60,776 nucleotides of DNA, taken from the IMG/VR virus record IMGVR_UViG_3300046007_009360. One strand, given 5' to 3'. The translations under genes and the position numbers were made by a program. The notes beneath the pieces were generated by a model. It was not told the origin of the DNA, searched no databases, and was given only the letters and a program-made list of their open reading frames with translations. This document shows, in pieces, positions 30,759-40,521 of the stretch. The DNA is from an uncultured virus (IMG/VR IMGVR_UViG_3300046007_009360) (Duplodnaviria; Heunggongvirae; Uroviricota; Caudoviricetes). Each line of letters begins with the position of its first letter. Within the stretch, counting starts at the first letter, position 1.

Positions 30759-31504
30759 TATTTTGCACCTAGATAACTTTCAAAACAAAATTCATTACTA
30801 GACATATGTTCTAATTCTGGTTTATTTAAAATACTTCTATTATTAATGCATCTAAAAGTAAGATATGTTTTAAAATCCTTCCTCTTATTATAGTATACGC
30901 TTTTAACTTTATATAATTCAAGATCATTTTCTTTAGCGTATCTTTCCATCTTATCTTTCACAATTATGTCAAATGGTAAATCATTATTTTCAATAAATAC
31001 TATTGGTTTAGTAAAATTAAATTGAGGAATACAGATTGAATTTCTTAATGTATTATTAAATATAAATGAATCATAAAATGGTATAGCTAATATTAAGTCA
31101 TCGGTCCAATTTTTATTTAAAGTTTCGTAATCAAGCCTTGGTTCGTAATAAAAACCTGTTTTCGCTGCAATACTAAATAATTTTGTTAATAACTCGTGAC
31201 CTTTTTTATTCTTAAAGAATATAATGATTTTAGAAGTTTTCTGTCTAGATTCGTCACTTTTATCATTTATAGACTCAGTAATTGAAACTCTTAGACCATA
31301 ATTTAATTTAATATTATTTAATTTTGTATTTGTATAAGCCTCAAGGAATGAAGACATATTATCCTCAATTAAAAATATCTCTTTCAAATTATTTTGTTTT
31401 GCAATTTGAATAATTGAATCTGGATAGTCGTCTGCTTCATCTTTATTTTCTAAAGTTAATATAGAACGGCCAAGAGAATAATGAGACTTAAATAGTGGTA
31501 TCAT
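30758..31504 (-). CDS. Stand-alone degenerate PHP domain of DNA polymerase III alpha
   Basis: FKSHYSL..SIL, IFFKNKKG..L.KL.S, GFYYEPRLD match the DnaE N-terminus. Confidence 0.8.
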   Translation of the reverse strand: MIPLFKSHYSLGRSILTLENKDEADDYPDSIIQIAKQNNLKEIFLIEDNMSSFLEAYTNTKLNNIKLNYGLRVSITESINDKSDESRQKTSKIIIFFKNKKGHELLTKLFSIAAKTGFYYEPRLDYETLNKNWTDDLILAIPFYDSFIFNNTLRNSICIPQFNFTKPIVFIENNDLPFDIIVKDKMERYAKENDLELYKVKSVYYNKRKDFKTYLTFRCINNRSILNKPELEHMSSNEFCFESYLGAK

Positions 31505-31512
31505 TTTATTTT

Positions 31513-31541
31513 AGTATAACAAAGATATTAATAATAATCAA
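31513..31541 (-). promoter_or_regulatory. Sigma70-like promoter
   Basis: TTGATT-N17-TATACT, 8 nt before ATG 31504. Confidence 0.65.
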
Positions 31542-32482
31542 TCTAAAAATTCGTCATTTGTTTTTTGTAGATTAAATTTAGGGCATCCTGTATATTTTCT
31601 TTTTTCTACCTTAAATCCTGTTATATCTTTAAATTTACCATCAATACTAGTTTCAATAATATCATTATTAGTATTTAATTTAACATAATATTCATAAGGA
31701 TCTCTATATGGACATCTCCAATTACCAATACCACACATCCATTTACTCTTATCGCTATCTATTGCAAAATTTGCTTTAGCAGAATTTTCATCAAATTTAT
31801 TAATATAATCATTAATATGTTCTAAATAATATTCAAATCCCTTTATCTGATCTTCTGTAAATTGAAGTTCTTGAATTGGCTGTTTAGGGAATCTTAAAAA
31901 AAGAAACCTTACTATGGGTTTAAGTTTAGGCCATAATTTTTTACTAGCTAAACTATACATCATTGCTTGAATATTTGCTTCAAGGTCATCTCCTCTAAAT
32001 TTAGCCTTGGAGCTTTTGTAGTCAATTATAACCATTTTATTCTTTGATTTAATAGGCTTATCAATAAAGCCCTTAATATGATATTTTGGGCTATCATTTT
32101 TAATTTCAAAAGCATACTCTGGAGATACAATTTCGCCATCTTTTTCACCAAAGAAGTCATGCTTTAATCCAACCATAATCATTTGATCTAAAATTTCAAA
32201 ATTTGATTCATCTAGGCCAACTTTAGCTTTTAATTTTTTTATTAGTCGCGCAATTGCTTTACTACCTTTAACAGAGTTTTTCTTTATAATTTTATCGTAA
32301 TGTGCCTTATGTTTTGGGTTTAAAAGAAGTTCGAAGATTGTATGACAGATTGTACCCCTTAATGCTCCATCATTTTGAGATTGTGGAACTTTAGTATGGT
32401 AGTTATTCCAATAGACCCAAGAGCAAGTCTCAAGAGTTTTTATTCTAGATGCTGATAATACTTTTAAAGATTTGTTTTCCAT
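31538..32482 (-). CDS. PD-(D/E)XK RecB/Cas4-like exonuclease
   Basis: LSASRI..C, GTICH, E..GFID..IIDYKS, Q..Y, C-terminal C..C. Confidence 0.85.
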   Translation of the reverse strand: MENKSLKVLSASRIKTLETCSWVYWNNYHTKVPQSQNDGALRGTICHTIFELLLNPKHKAHYDKIIKKNSVKGSKAIARLIKKLKAKVGLDESNFEILDQMIMVGLKHDFFGEKDGEIVSPEYAFEIKNDSPKYHIKGFIDKPIKSKNKMVIIDYKSSKAKFRGDDLEANIQAMMYSLASKKLWPKLKPIVRFLFLRFPKQPIQELQFTEDQIKGFEYYLEHINDYINKFDENSAKANFAIDSDKSKWMCGIGNWRCPYRDPYEYYVKLNTNNDIIETSIDGKFKDITGFKVEKRKYTGCPKFNLQKTNDEFLD

Positions 32483-33369
32483 TGTAAAATTTCTTCTTTA
32501 GTCATTTCTCCAAAGTCTTTTTTTGTTGGCAATGATATTTTTAGTTGCTTATCGTCAAAATATCTTTTTAGTCTGGCGTGAGTTTTTTCCGCCGCAATAT
32601 TTCCTGCATTGTTTTTGTTAGAATCATTGTTCAAACTTATATAGATTTTTTTCATATCAATCTTTAAACAATAATTTAAAATTGATAAACTAAGATTTGT
32701 GCCAAATGTAACTAAAACATTTTTAATTCCAGCTTGGTATAAACTTAGCATATCACCAATACTTTCAACAAGGATTATTTCTTTTTGGGCTTCTATTTGA
32801 CTTGAATTTAAAAATAATGGATAGAGAAAATCATTCTTTTCTCCTAGATGTTTCCATTTTATTTTTGATAGGTTTGTTATGTCGCGGCCAGAAAAACCAA
32901 TAATATTATTATTGATATCAAATATCGGAAAAACATATCTATTTTTCATCTTACCAGCTTTAGCAACGCCACCTTTAAATTGACTTAAAGTTTCATCCAT
33001 GATATTTCTTTTATTCCAATATTGATGATTTAGTTCAAGGTTTTGAAGAATCTCTATATCAAATTTTTTTGTAGATTTCAATAAAGGTTTTGTTGGTTCA
33101 AATGATCGAGAGAAAGAAAAATTTTTATCTTTTAACCATTCTTTCGCTTTAGATGGACTTTCTAATTTAAGGGTCATGCTGACTAAAGAATTAAAATCAC
33201 CACTAATATTTTCTTTAAAATCAAACCAATGTCCAGAATCTTTATATATCTTTAAAACAGTATCGTTATCGCTCTCTCTATACAAAGGTTTAGTTCTGTA
33301 CTCTTTACCATAGTCTTTTAATTTATATCCTAGATCAGTTAGGATTTGATATACATTTACTTCGTCCAT
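32464..33369 (-). CDS. DnaG-type DNA primase (Toprim)
   Basis: RYVFPI..IIGFSGR, KW, LVESIGD, KDFGE. Confidence 0.8.
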   Translation of the reverse strand: MDEVNVYQILTDLGYKLKDYGKEYRTKPLYRESDNDTVLKIYKDSGHWFDFKENISGDFNSLVSMTLKLESPSKAKEWLKDKNFSFSRSFEPTKPLLKSTKKFDIEILQNLELNHQYWNKRNIMDETLSQFKGGVAKAGKMKNRYVFPIFDINNNIIGFSGRDITNLSKIKWKHLGEKNDFLYPLFLNSSQIEAQKEIILVESIGDMLSLYQAGIKNVLVTFGTNLSLSILNYCLKIDMKKIYISLNNDSNKNNAGNIAAEKTHARLKRYFDDKQLKISLPTKKDFGEMTKEEILQWKTNL

Positions 33370-34013
33370 TCTAGGGCCTCGCTTATTGTAGGAAATTCCT
33401 TAACAAATATTTTTTTACATCTTTCAGCGATCTGTCTATGTTCTTTCTGAGTATTTTGTTCGGTTCTTAATTCAATATAATGAATCCAACTTCTTAATGA
33501 ACCTTTCATGTACATAGTCGTTTGTGTTGTTAAGGGTAATATCATTCTGGCGACTTCCTTTGCAACGCCATTTTCTATCATAGTTTCATAACAATGTTGA
33601 GATAAAGATAATGATTCTACTAGTAATTCATTGACCTTATCATAAGCGTCCGTCTCTATTGGCATTAATTTTTCACCAACTTGTCTATTTTTATCTCCCT
33701 GTAGACGAAGTTCAATATCTTCGAATTCATTGGCGACGCTATATCTTTGACTAAATTCTTGAAAGCTAAATGATCTATGTCTAAGAATTTGAGCAGCAAT
33801 ACCACGACTAGTCTTAATTTCGACACACATATCAACTAATTCAAATGGACTCCAATGTTTATGTTTTATTAGAAACTTTAAAAGTTTTGGAGCAGTCTCT
33901 GTATTCATCTGATTAGATGGATTACTAACTCTGGCGCAGAACGCAACAAGATCTTCCGCGTTTTTAATTCCTTTAATTTCTGGTTTTGTTATTGATATTA
34001 ATTCTACGTTCAT
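33357..34013 (-). CDS. thyX: Flavin-dependent thymidylate synthase
   Basis: HWSPFE and RHRSFSFQEFSQRY signature. Confidence 0.95.
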   Translation of the reverse strand: MNVELISITKPEIKGIKNAEDLVAFCARVSNPSNQMNTETAPKLLKFLIKHKHWSPFELVDMCVEIKTSRGIAAQILRHRSFSFQEFSQRYSVANEFEDIELRLQGDKNRQVGEKLMPIETDAYDKVNELLVESLSLSQHCYETMIENGVAKEVARMILPLTTQTTMYMKGSLRSWIHYIELRTEQNTQKEHRQIAERCKKIFVKEFPTISEALEWTK

Positions 34014-35494
34014 AATAATTCTCCATCATTTGCATTTTGGTCGGTGAGTTCATATTGTTCTCTTTGTCTCTCTGCTACATCTCTTAAAGAACCTCGTTCT
34101 TCTATATTAAAATTAGTTACTTGATAATTAAGATAATTTTGTGCCCAAATTTCTTTACCAGCAGAATCTAGTCTCCTGACTAAATCTTGATGTCCAGCTG
34201 CGTCTTTACCTTGAAATCTAGTTTTTGTTGGAATTAATTTATGTGTTCCAAATGCTTGACCATCGAGAGTTACCTCGTCAAGAGTTTTTCTCCTAAAGAT
34301 AGCCACGAATGATGCAAACCATTGAAGTCTGTCTGATAGAGAAATTACAGAACTATCATCAACAACGTTATTTGAATTACGATTGAAATTTTCTCCAGTC
34401 CTATTTAATTGCATAGCAGTTATTATTGGGCAATGTATTTCTTCTGATATTCTTTTTAGTTTATCAATCTTTTCGCCAATGGCTTGATGCTCTGCCCAAT
34501 TTTGGCTGACTTTTTCGCCAGTTAATTTAATATAATCATACGCAATCATCGCTTGATTTCCACGCCCAACTTTAGAAAGATACCATCTACGAATAATAGA
34601 ACATACTTGATCAATATTCTTATTGCCTACATGGTAATGAAAATATTCATAGGTTTTTACTTTTGCCCAAGCAGCTCTAACTTTCTTGGTCATCTCTTCA
34701 TTCTTACGCCAATTTCCAGTTTCAAGATACCAAACTGGAACATCTGTTAATGATGCGACCATTCTTAATTGAATATCCACTGTTTGCATTTCTGTATCAA
34801 GAATTAATGTTTTAGTTTTATTTTTAGGGTTAATTGAAGTTTTAAAACAAATGTCATTAAGCCAAGTAGATTTACCTTGACCTGGCCTACTTGCAATAGC
34901 GTAAATATTACCGTTCTTTAAACCGCCATACATTCTATTAAATTCTGAATATGGAGTTATTAATCCAGTATCATCTTTTGGAGTATTACCAATTTCTTCT
35001 ACAAGGTCTTCGACTTCTGCAAAAATATTAATAGGCATATCATTTTCTGAGTATGCTGAAATCTTTTTATTATAAATATGATCTATCTTACCTATAATTT
35101 GATCTACTGAATCTTCGGAATTCTTATTTACATATTCTTTTAATTTGTCTGCGGTTTGAGATATCTCTCTACGAATTCTTAATTTAATCAACTCCTTACA
35201 CGCATTCATTGTGGCTTCTTCGGTTATTTGAGAGAAGCTTAAATTATCAATATAATCAAATATATTTATTTCATCTTTAAATGTAATACCTAAATTTTTA
35301 ATCTTTTCGGCTAATAATACTTTATCTACATTTTCGCCTCTATGTTTTATATTTTTAAAGACAGTATATATTGATGCATGAACATCATTATAAAAATCAT
35401 TCTCGGTTAGAAAAACATCAATATCTGCAAAGAGATCTTGATGCTTTAAAAGTCCGCTTAATACATGTCTTTCTACTTGTAACGAATATATCAT
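34010..35494 (-). CDS. dnaB: Replicative DNA helicase
   Basis: SRPGQGKS Walker A, DTEM, YDYIKL, QLNR. Confidence 0.9.
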   Translation of the reverse strand: MIYSLQVERHVLSGLLKHQDLFADIDVFLTENDFYNDVHASIYTVFKNIKHRGENVDKVLLAEKIKNLGITFKDEINIFDYIDNLSFSQITEEATMNACKELIKLRIRREISQTADKLKEYVNKNSEDSVDQIIGKIDHIYNKKISAYSENDMPINIFAEVEDLVEEIGNTPKDDTGLITPYSEFNRMYGGLKNGNIYAIASRPGQGKSTWLNDICFKTSINPKNKTKTLILDTEMQTVDIQLRMVASLTDVPVWYLETGNWRKNEEMTKKVRAAWAKVKTYEYFHYHVGNKNIDQVCSIIRRWYLSKVGRGNQAMIAYDYIKLTGEKVSQNWAEHQAIGEKIDKLKRISEEIHCPIITAMQLNRTGENFNRNSNNVVDDSSVISLSDRLQWFASFVAIFRRKTLDEVTLDGQAFGTHKLIPTKTRFQGKDAAGHQDLVRRLDSAGKEIWAQNYLNYQVTNFNIEERGSLRDVAERQREQYELTDQNANDGELL

Positions 35495-35504
35495 TCAATT
35501 ATAG

Positions 35505-35533
35505 ATGATACCAAAGTAAAAATTAAAAGTCAA
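35505..35533 (-). promoter_or_regulatory. Sigma70-like promoter
   Basis: TTGACT-N17-TATCAT, 10 nt before ATG 35494. Confidence 0.7.
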
Positions 35534-35538
35534 GTGTT

Positions 35539-35820
35539 TTAATTTTCTTCTTCTGGAGAATCTAAATCATCGTCATCTAAATTTTTTCTTGCTATTAAAT
35601 CTGTTGTTGCTTCTAGGTTTAATTGATCAATACTTTGACTCCAAGTATTAACATAATATAAAAGTGCCATAGCATTTATTTGATTATCAAACTTTGTGAA
35701 AACCTGTGGTTCACCTTTATTTGAAAAATTAAACATTATGTACCCGCCAAAACTGCATTCATCAATTTGCTTTAAAAGAGAATCTGGTACTTTAAATTTT
35801 TTCTTATTAGTCACTACCAT
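35539..35820 (-). CDS. Hypothetical protein with acidic C-terminus (start may be GTG 35814)
   Basis: Intact ORF; GTGTAA motif at 35824-35829. Confidence 0.6.
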   Translation of the reverse strand: MVVTNKKKFKVPDSLLKQIDECSFGGYIMFNFSNKGEPQVFTKFDNQINAMALLYYVNTWSQSIDQLNLEATTDLIARKNLDDDDLDSPEEEN

Positions 35821-35829
35821 TTTTTACAC

Positions 35830-36249
35830 TTAAATAATAAGAATTCCGCATTTTTCTTCTATATATTGTGGTGATAAATTTTTTAAATCATTTTCATACA
35901 ATTCCAAGAATTTAAATCCATTTAATTCAAGCCATTTTTCTTTTTTTACATCTCTTTTTATGCTATTTAAATATTTTAATCTAGAGTTGTTATGGAAAAA
36001 TTTATTAAATGATTCATGTTGATCTCCTTGGATCTCAACGGCAATCTTTTTTGTTGCATTTAATATATCAACCTTAAGCATAGTTCCATAAACTGGAAAT
36101 TCTTCATAAACAATATGATTTTTCCAATAAGGATAAAAGAATTGCTTAAATTTAAACTGCAATTTACTTCTGCATTTTCCATCCCAATCTACAAGATAAT
36201 CTCTTACGTTCTTATTAACGAGTTTGCCGTTAATATTTAATAATCTCAT
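35830..36249 (-). CDS. Vsr/DUF559-like endonuclease
   Basis: EEFPV..VD..IAVEIQGDQH..RD..K..W...NG. Confidence 0.75.
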   Translation of the reverse strand: MRLLNINGKLVNKNVRDYLVDWDGKCRSKLQFKFKQFFYPYWKNHIVYEEFPVYGTMLKVDILNATKKIAVEIQGDQHESFNKFFHNNSRLKYLNSIKRDVKKEKWLELNGFKFLELYENDLKNLSPQYIEEKCGILII

Positions 36250-37388
36250 GACGCAAGAGTTTTAATAAATTTATTATAAAAATAATCTACGATTGGTTTA
36301 TTTTCTTCTAGATAAGATCTTAGATTATCAATGCCTTGGTGTTGCTTCTTTAATTCTAAATTAGCGTTCTTAAGTTCTTCGATAATCTCATCTGAGAAAG
36401 TAACCCATGCGCCTTTTGCAGTTGCGAATTCCCAAGAAAGGATTTGGTCAATGACTTCGTATTCTCTCCAAACAGAAGATCCATCTTTACGGCCATATTT
36501 AATTGGATATTGAACTTTAGAGTTTGTTGATTCATTAGTGGATTTTTTAATTACGATCTTAACATTATGACCAATAATTTTATTTTTAATTGGATCATAT
36601 TTATCATTTGGTTTTTCTAAAATTAAATCTTTATTAAACTTTGGTTCAAATTCGAGAATCCAATTAGCAAAATGCAATAATGCATTTCCGCCAGTAGCAG
36701 TAGTTTGACGAATATCTTTATTTGCGGCATAAGGATCAAGTTTAATATCAGATCGTACTTGACTTATAAAAATAGCCATATGTCCACGCTTAGAAAGTGC
36801 AAGAGAAATCTTTTTCATTAACATTGACGAGATAACTGCTCCTCCAGCAACTTTTGTTGCTTCTGTCATGCTTTTTTGAGCATCACCTTTAGTCATCAAC
36901 CCATCAACTGAATCGAGAATAAACATATACCTTTTATCTTCATCATTAGATTGAATAAGATCTTTCATTAATTCTGAAACTGTTTCAAAGATATTACATT
37001 CAAATACAAAACAAGTTCCATCAACCCATTCTTTAGGATCTGTTACAAACTTAATCCCAGATCGCTCTTTAATTTCTTTACTTAATCTTCCTTCGGCTTT
37101 AAAAAGTAAAGCTCTGGAATTTTCTACTGTTTTGAGAAAGTTCTTTGTTACTTCTAGTGCTTCTGATGTTTTACCACCTTCATTCATTCCAATGAATCTA
37201 TGAAGTCCTGGGCAAAGTCCACCTCCAGTAGCAATATCTAAATTTAGACTACCAGTAGAAACTTTATAATAAACTTCATCTTCAAAATTATAATGATCTT
37301 CTTTATTATCTTTTAGAAATGATAATAGTCTATCTGATGCACTTGGACCAGATGATTCAACGATTTCTTCTTTAGGTTTTCTTCCCAT
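36246..37388 (-). CDS. RecA/UvsX-like recombinase
   Basis: STGSLNLDIATGGG, GMNEGGKTS, ILDSV, ISQVR, TGGNALLH. Confidence 0.88.
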   Translation of the reverse strand: MGRKPKEEIVESSGPSASDRLLSFLKDNKEDHYNFEDEVYYKVSTGSLNLDIATGGGLCPGLHRFIGMNEGGKTSEALEVTKNFLKTVENSRALLFKAEGRLSKEIKERSGIKFVTDPKEWVDGTCFVFECNIFETVSELMKDLIQSNDEDKRYMFILDSVDGLMTKGDAQKSMTEATKVAGGAVISSMLMKKISLALSKRGHMAIFISQVRSDIKLDPYAANKDIRQTTATGGNALLHFANWILEFEPKFNKDLILEKPNDKYDPIKNKIIGHNVKIVIKKSTNESTNSKVQYPIKYGRKDGSSVWREYEVIDQILSWEFATAKGAWVTFSDEIIEELKNANLELKKQHQGIDNLRSYLEENKPIVDYFYNKFIKTLAS

Positions 37389-37716
37389 ATCTTATAAATT
37401 CTAGCAAGGTTTTAGGTTTTTTGCAAATGTTTTTATCATCTTGAGCTTTATTTTCTTGTAATTTAATAATATTTTTATTTAAATTTAAATTAAATGCTTC
37501 GTATTCCTTTAAGAGGAAAGCTTTACCTTCTGATTTTAGAAACCAAGCAAGTGAAGGTGGTGGTGCTTTTAGATCTTGAAGATTGTCCCAAAAATTAAAT
37601 GAATTAAATTTCTTTATTAATTTTTGAGCTATTTTGATTTCTCTTGGCCAATTAATATTTCCTTTAACAAATTTTTTTACTATAAATTGGCAAAGTTTAT
37701 GGTTTGTCTTATTCAA
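37372..37716 (-). CDS. Hypothetical protein
   Basis: Intact ORF with TTG start just after a promoter; overlaps the recA-like start. Confidence 0.6.
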   Translation of the reverse strand: MNKTNHKLCQFIVKKFVKGNINWPREIKIAQKLIKKFNSFNFWDNLQDLKAPPPSLAWFLKSEGKAFLLKEYEAFNLNLNKNIIKLQENKAQDDKNICKKPKTLLEFIRYGKKT

Positions 37717-37725
37717 TATATATAT

Positions 37726-37754
37726 AAATTATATTATTTTTAATAATTTGTCAA
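37726..37754 (-). promoter_or_regulatory. Sigma70-like promoter
   Basis: TTGACA-N17-TAATTT (an overlapping TATAAT is also present), 9 nt before TTG 37716. Confidence 0.6.
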
Positions 37755-37759
37755 GTAAA

Positions 37760-38491
37760 TCATCTAGAATGATATACTTCGACTGAAGAATTTAAGACAA
37801 TATTTGAATAACCATATTTTCTAAAGTTTTCACAAACTACTGCCGTATCACAATCAAATGTATTAAATCTCTCATTGAAATATCCAAACGTCAAAAATCT
37901 TTTAAAAGGTTCCGATTTATAGAAGCAGAAGCAGTTAAATGTTGTCCAAACATTTATTAAACCTAAATTTCTCAGAATAATAGGATTAAAAATATGCCAA
38001 GATCTAGAATCTGGATTCTGTCTTGTCCCCCAATCGTCATAAAGATAATGATGTTTGTCATCATTAATCTCTACGCTTCTAGGGGAAATTATATCGTAGT
38101 CTCCATTATTTATAATATTATCTATTAATGTTTTAGGTTCATATTTTACGTCTGGTTCTACAACTAATATATGAGAACATTTCTCTAGTAATTTATTATT
38201 ATAAATTGTTTGATTTCTTGCTTCCGATAAAAGTTTTACTCTTTCTTCATTAACTACGCTACCAAAAGAAGGAGTATTTAATATTTCTAATTTTATATTA
38301 AAATCTGAAAAGAAAGAAAAATCTAAGTTTTTTAATATATCTTGTGTTCCGTCTGTTGAATCATTTTCGTATACAGAAAGATAATAATTGTTTTGCTTAT
38401 CAAGCGCTACAATACTTTTTATCTGTTCGTACCAATTATGTAAAAAATTTTTTCTATTTCTAATAATTGTAGAAATTAATATATTTTTCAC
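37760..38491 (-). CDS. GT-A glycosyltransferase-like protein
   Basis: YENDSTDGT, LSEARN, VEPD. Confidence 0.65.
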   Translation of the reverse strand: MKNILISTIIRNRKNFLHNWYEQIKSIVALDKQNNYYLSVYENDSTDGTQDILKNLDFSFFSDFNIKLEILNTPSFGSVVNEERVKLLSEARNQTIYNNKLLEKCSHILVVEPDVKYEPKTLIDNIINNGDYDIISPRSVEINDDKHHYLYDDWGTRQNPDSRSWHIFNPIILRNLGLINVWTTFNCFCFYKSEPFKRFLTFGYFNERFNTFDCDTAVVCENFRKYGYSNIVLNSSVEVYHSR

Positions 38492-39540
38492 TTATAGTTC
38501 TGTATATCTGATTTGACCATTCTTTCAACTAGTTCATTAAAAGATACTTTTGGTTTCCAATTTAGTTCATTTCTTGCCTCTGATGAATTACCCAATAAGA
38601 GATCTACTTCAGCAGGACGAAAGAATTTAGGGTTAATTTTTACTAACTGTTTGTAATTTCCTTGATTATCTTTAAAATAAAATGCTTCATCTTCATCTCT
38701 TCCATCTCCATTATAGATCCATGATCCTTTTATATCAATAGCTAAAAAAGCTTTTTCAACAAATTCTCTAATACTATGCGTTTCATCTGAGGAAAGGATA
38801 TATTCTTTTGGTTTATCTTGATTCAACATTAACCATATACCATTAATAAAATCTTCAGCATGACTCCAATCTCTTTTTGCATCTAAGTTACCTAGTTCAA
38901 TTGGAGCAAAATCTATATTATTTTTTAATGCATTATATATTCTAGCAACACCTTTTGTAATTTTTCTGGTGACAAATTCTTCCCCTCGTCTTTCGCTTTC
39001 GTGATTATAAAGAATAGAATGTATTGCAAAAAGATTATAAGAATCTCTGTAAACCTTTGTAATATGTCTTGCGGCTGCTTTAGCTGCACCATATGGGCTA
39101 CGAGGACGAATTGGATGTTTTAAGTCTTGAGGGCTATATAAAACATCGCCCATTTCTTCACTAGAACCCGCTGAATAAAATCTACAATTAGGAGCATATT
39201 TTCTTATAGCTTCTAAACATCTAAGCACACCAAGTGCGGTTGCATCAAAAGTCTGTAAGGGAATTTGCCAGCTACTACCAACGAAAGATTGTGCCGCAAA
39301 ATTAATAAAATAATCTGGCTTTATGTCTTTTACAATTTCATCTATAGAATTACTATCAGATAAATCTCCTATTATAAATTTAAATCTTTCATTATTTAAG
39401 TTATGTTGTATATTCTCTAGATTGGGATTAGAACTTCTTCTTCTAACACCATAAACAAAATAATTTGTGTTATTTAATATATAATCTACCATATAAGATC
39501 CATCTTGACCTGTAACGCCGGTAATAATAACTTTTTTCAT
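38488..39540 (-). CDS. gmd: GDP-mannose 4,6-dehydratase
   Basis: ITGVTGQDGSY, AAQSFV, SPYGAAK, NHES.RRG..FVTRKI, LGNLDAKRDW, RPAEVD. Confidence 0.95.
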   Translation of the reverse strand: MKKVIITGVTGQDGSYMVDYILNNTNYFVYGVRRRSSNPNLENIQHNLNNERFKFIIGDLSDSNSIDEIVKDIKPDYFINFAAQSFVGSSWQIPLQTFDATALGVLRCLEAIRKYAPNCRFYSAGSSEEMGDVLYSPQDLKHPIRPRSPYGAAKAAARHITKVYRDSYNLFAIHSILYNHESERRGEEFVTRKITKGVARIYNALKNNIDFAPIELGNLDAKRDWSHAEDFINGIWLMLNQDKPKEYILSSDETHSIREFVEKAFLAIDIKGSWIYNGDGRDEDEAFYFKDNQGNYKQLVKINPKFFRPAEVDLLLGNSSEARNELNWKPKVSFNELVERMVKSDIQNYK

Positions 39541-39549
39541 TATATAATA

Positions 39550-40521
39550 CTAATATTTATTTTTATAAAATTCTATAGTTTTTTCTAAACCATGTAAAAA
39601 ATCAGTTCTAGGATACCAATTCAATTCTTTATTAATCTTCGTATTATCTATAGCGTATCTAAAATCATGACCTTTCCTATCTTCTACAAATTTAATGTAG
39701 TCTTCTGGATTAACTTGTAATATTTTACAGATGTTAGATATAATTTCTAAATTAGTTTTTTCGCAATCTCCACCAATATTATATGTCTCGCCAATCTTTC
39801 CATTTTTAACAATCTCAAATACAGCTTCGCAATGATCTATTACATAAATCCAGTCTCTAATATTTTTTCCTGTACCATAAACAGGTATTTTTTGATTATT
39901 TAATATTGAATTTATAACTACAGGTATAAATTTTTCATTATGTTGATATGGGCCATAATTATTAGAACAATTAGATATTGTTATAGGAACTTTAAATGTA
40001 TGATAATAAGCTCTAGCGAGCATATCGGCTGAAGCTTTAGAAGCGGAATAAGGAGAATTTGGTGCATAGCAAGAAGTTTCTGAAAATTTTCCTTCGTGTC
40101 CTAAACTGCCGTATACTTCATCTGTAGAAATTAAATGAATTCTTAAGTTTTCTTGTTTACATAATTCTAAAAGATTAAATGTTCCAATTATATTAGATCT
40201 CAAAAAGTCTCTAGGATTTGATATAGAATTGTCAACATGAGTCTCTGCGGCGAAATGTATTATATGTGATATCTTATGATCTTTTAACACTTGAATAAAT
40301 TTCTTAAAGGTCTGAGGATCTTCTAGATGATCTAACCAAAAATCATAAAAATGATATTTTGGATTGTCTTTAAAATCTTTTGCATTATTTATATTTGCAG
40401 CTGCGCTTAATTTACTTGGACAATCTATATTTACTATAGAAGATATGGAATCCTTATTAATTATAGTTCTAATAAAATTAGATCCTATAAATCCTAAACC
40501 TCCTGTAACTAAAATATTCAT
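39550..40521 (-). CDS. rfbB: dTDP-glucose 4,6-dehydratase
   Basis: VTGGLGFIGSN, AAETHVDNSI, STDEVYG, PYSASKA, CSNNYGP, DRKGHDFRY; start at ATG 40521 (ATGA overlap). Confidence 0.93.
   Translation of the reverse strand: MNILVTGGLGFIGSNFIRTIINKDSISSIVNIDCPSKLSAAANINNAKDFKDNPKYHFYDFWLDHLEDPQTFKKFIQVLKDHKISHIIHFAAETHVDNSISNPRDFLRSNIIGTFNLLELCKQENLRIHLISTDEVYGSLGHEGKFSETSCYAPNSPYSASKASADMLARAYYHTFKVPITISNCSNNYGPYQHNEKFIPVVINSILNNQKIPVYGTGKNIRDWIYVIDHCEAVFEIVKNGKIGETYNIGGDCEKTNLEIISNICKILQVNPEDYIKFVEDRKGHDFRYAIDNTKINKELNWYPRTDFLHGLEKTIEFYKNKY

Noticed and set aside
31538..32482. Cas4 as part of a CRISPR system
   Set aside because: No other cas genes or array; it sits in the replication module like typical phage exonucleases
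27316..37388. Inteins or introns in dnaE, dnaB or the recA-like gene
   Set aside because: Lengths are normal or short, and no splice-junction or homing-endonuclease motifs were seen
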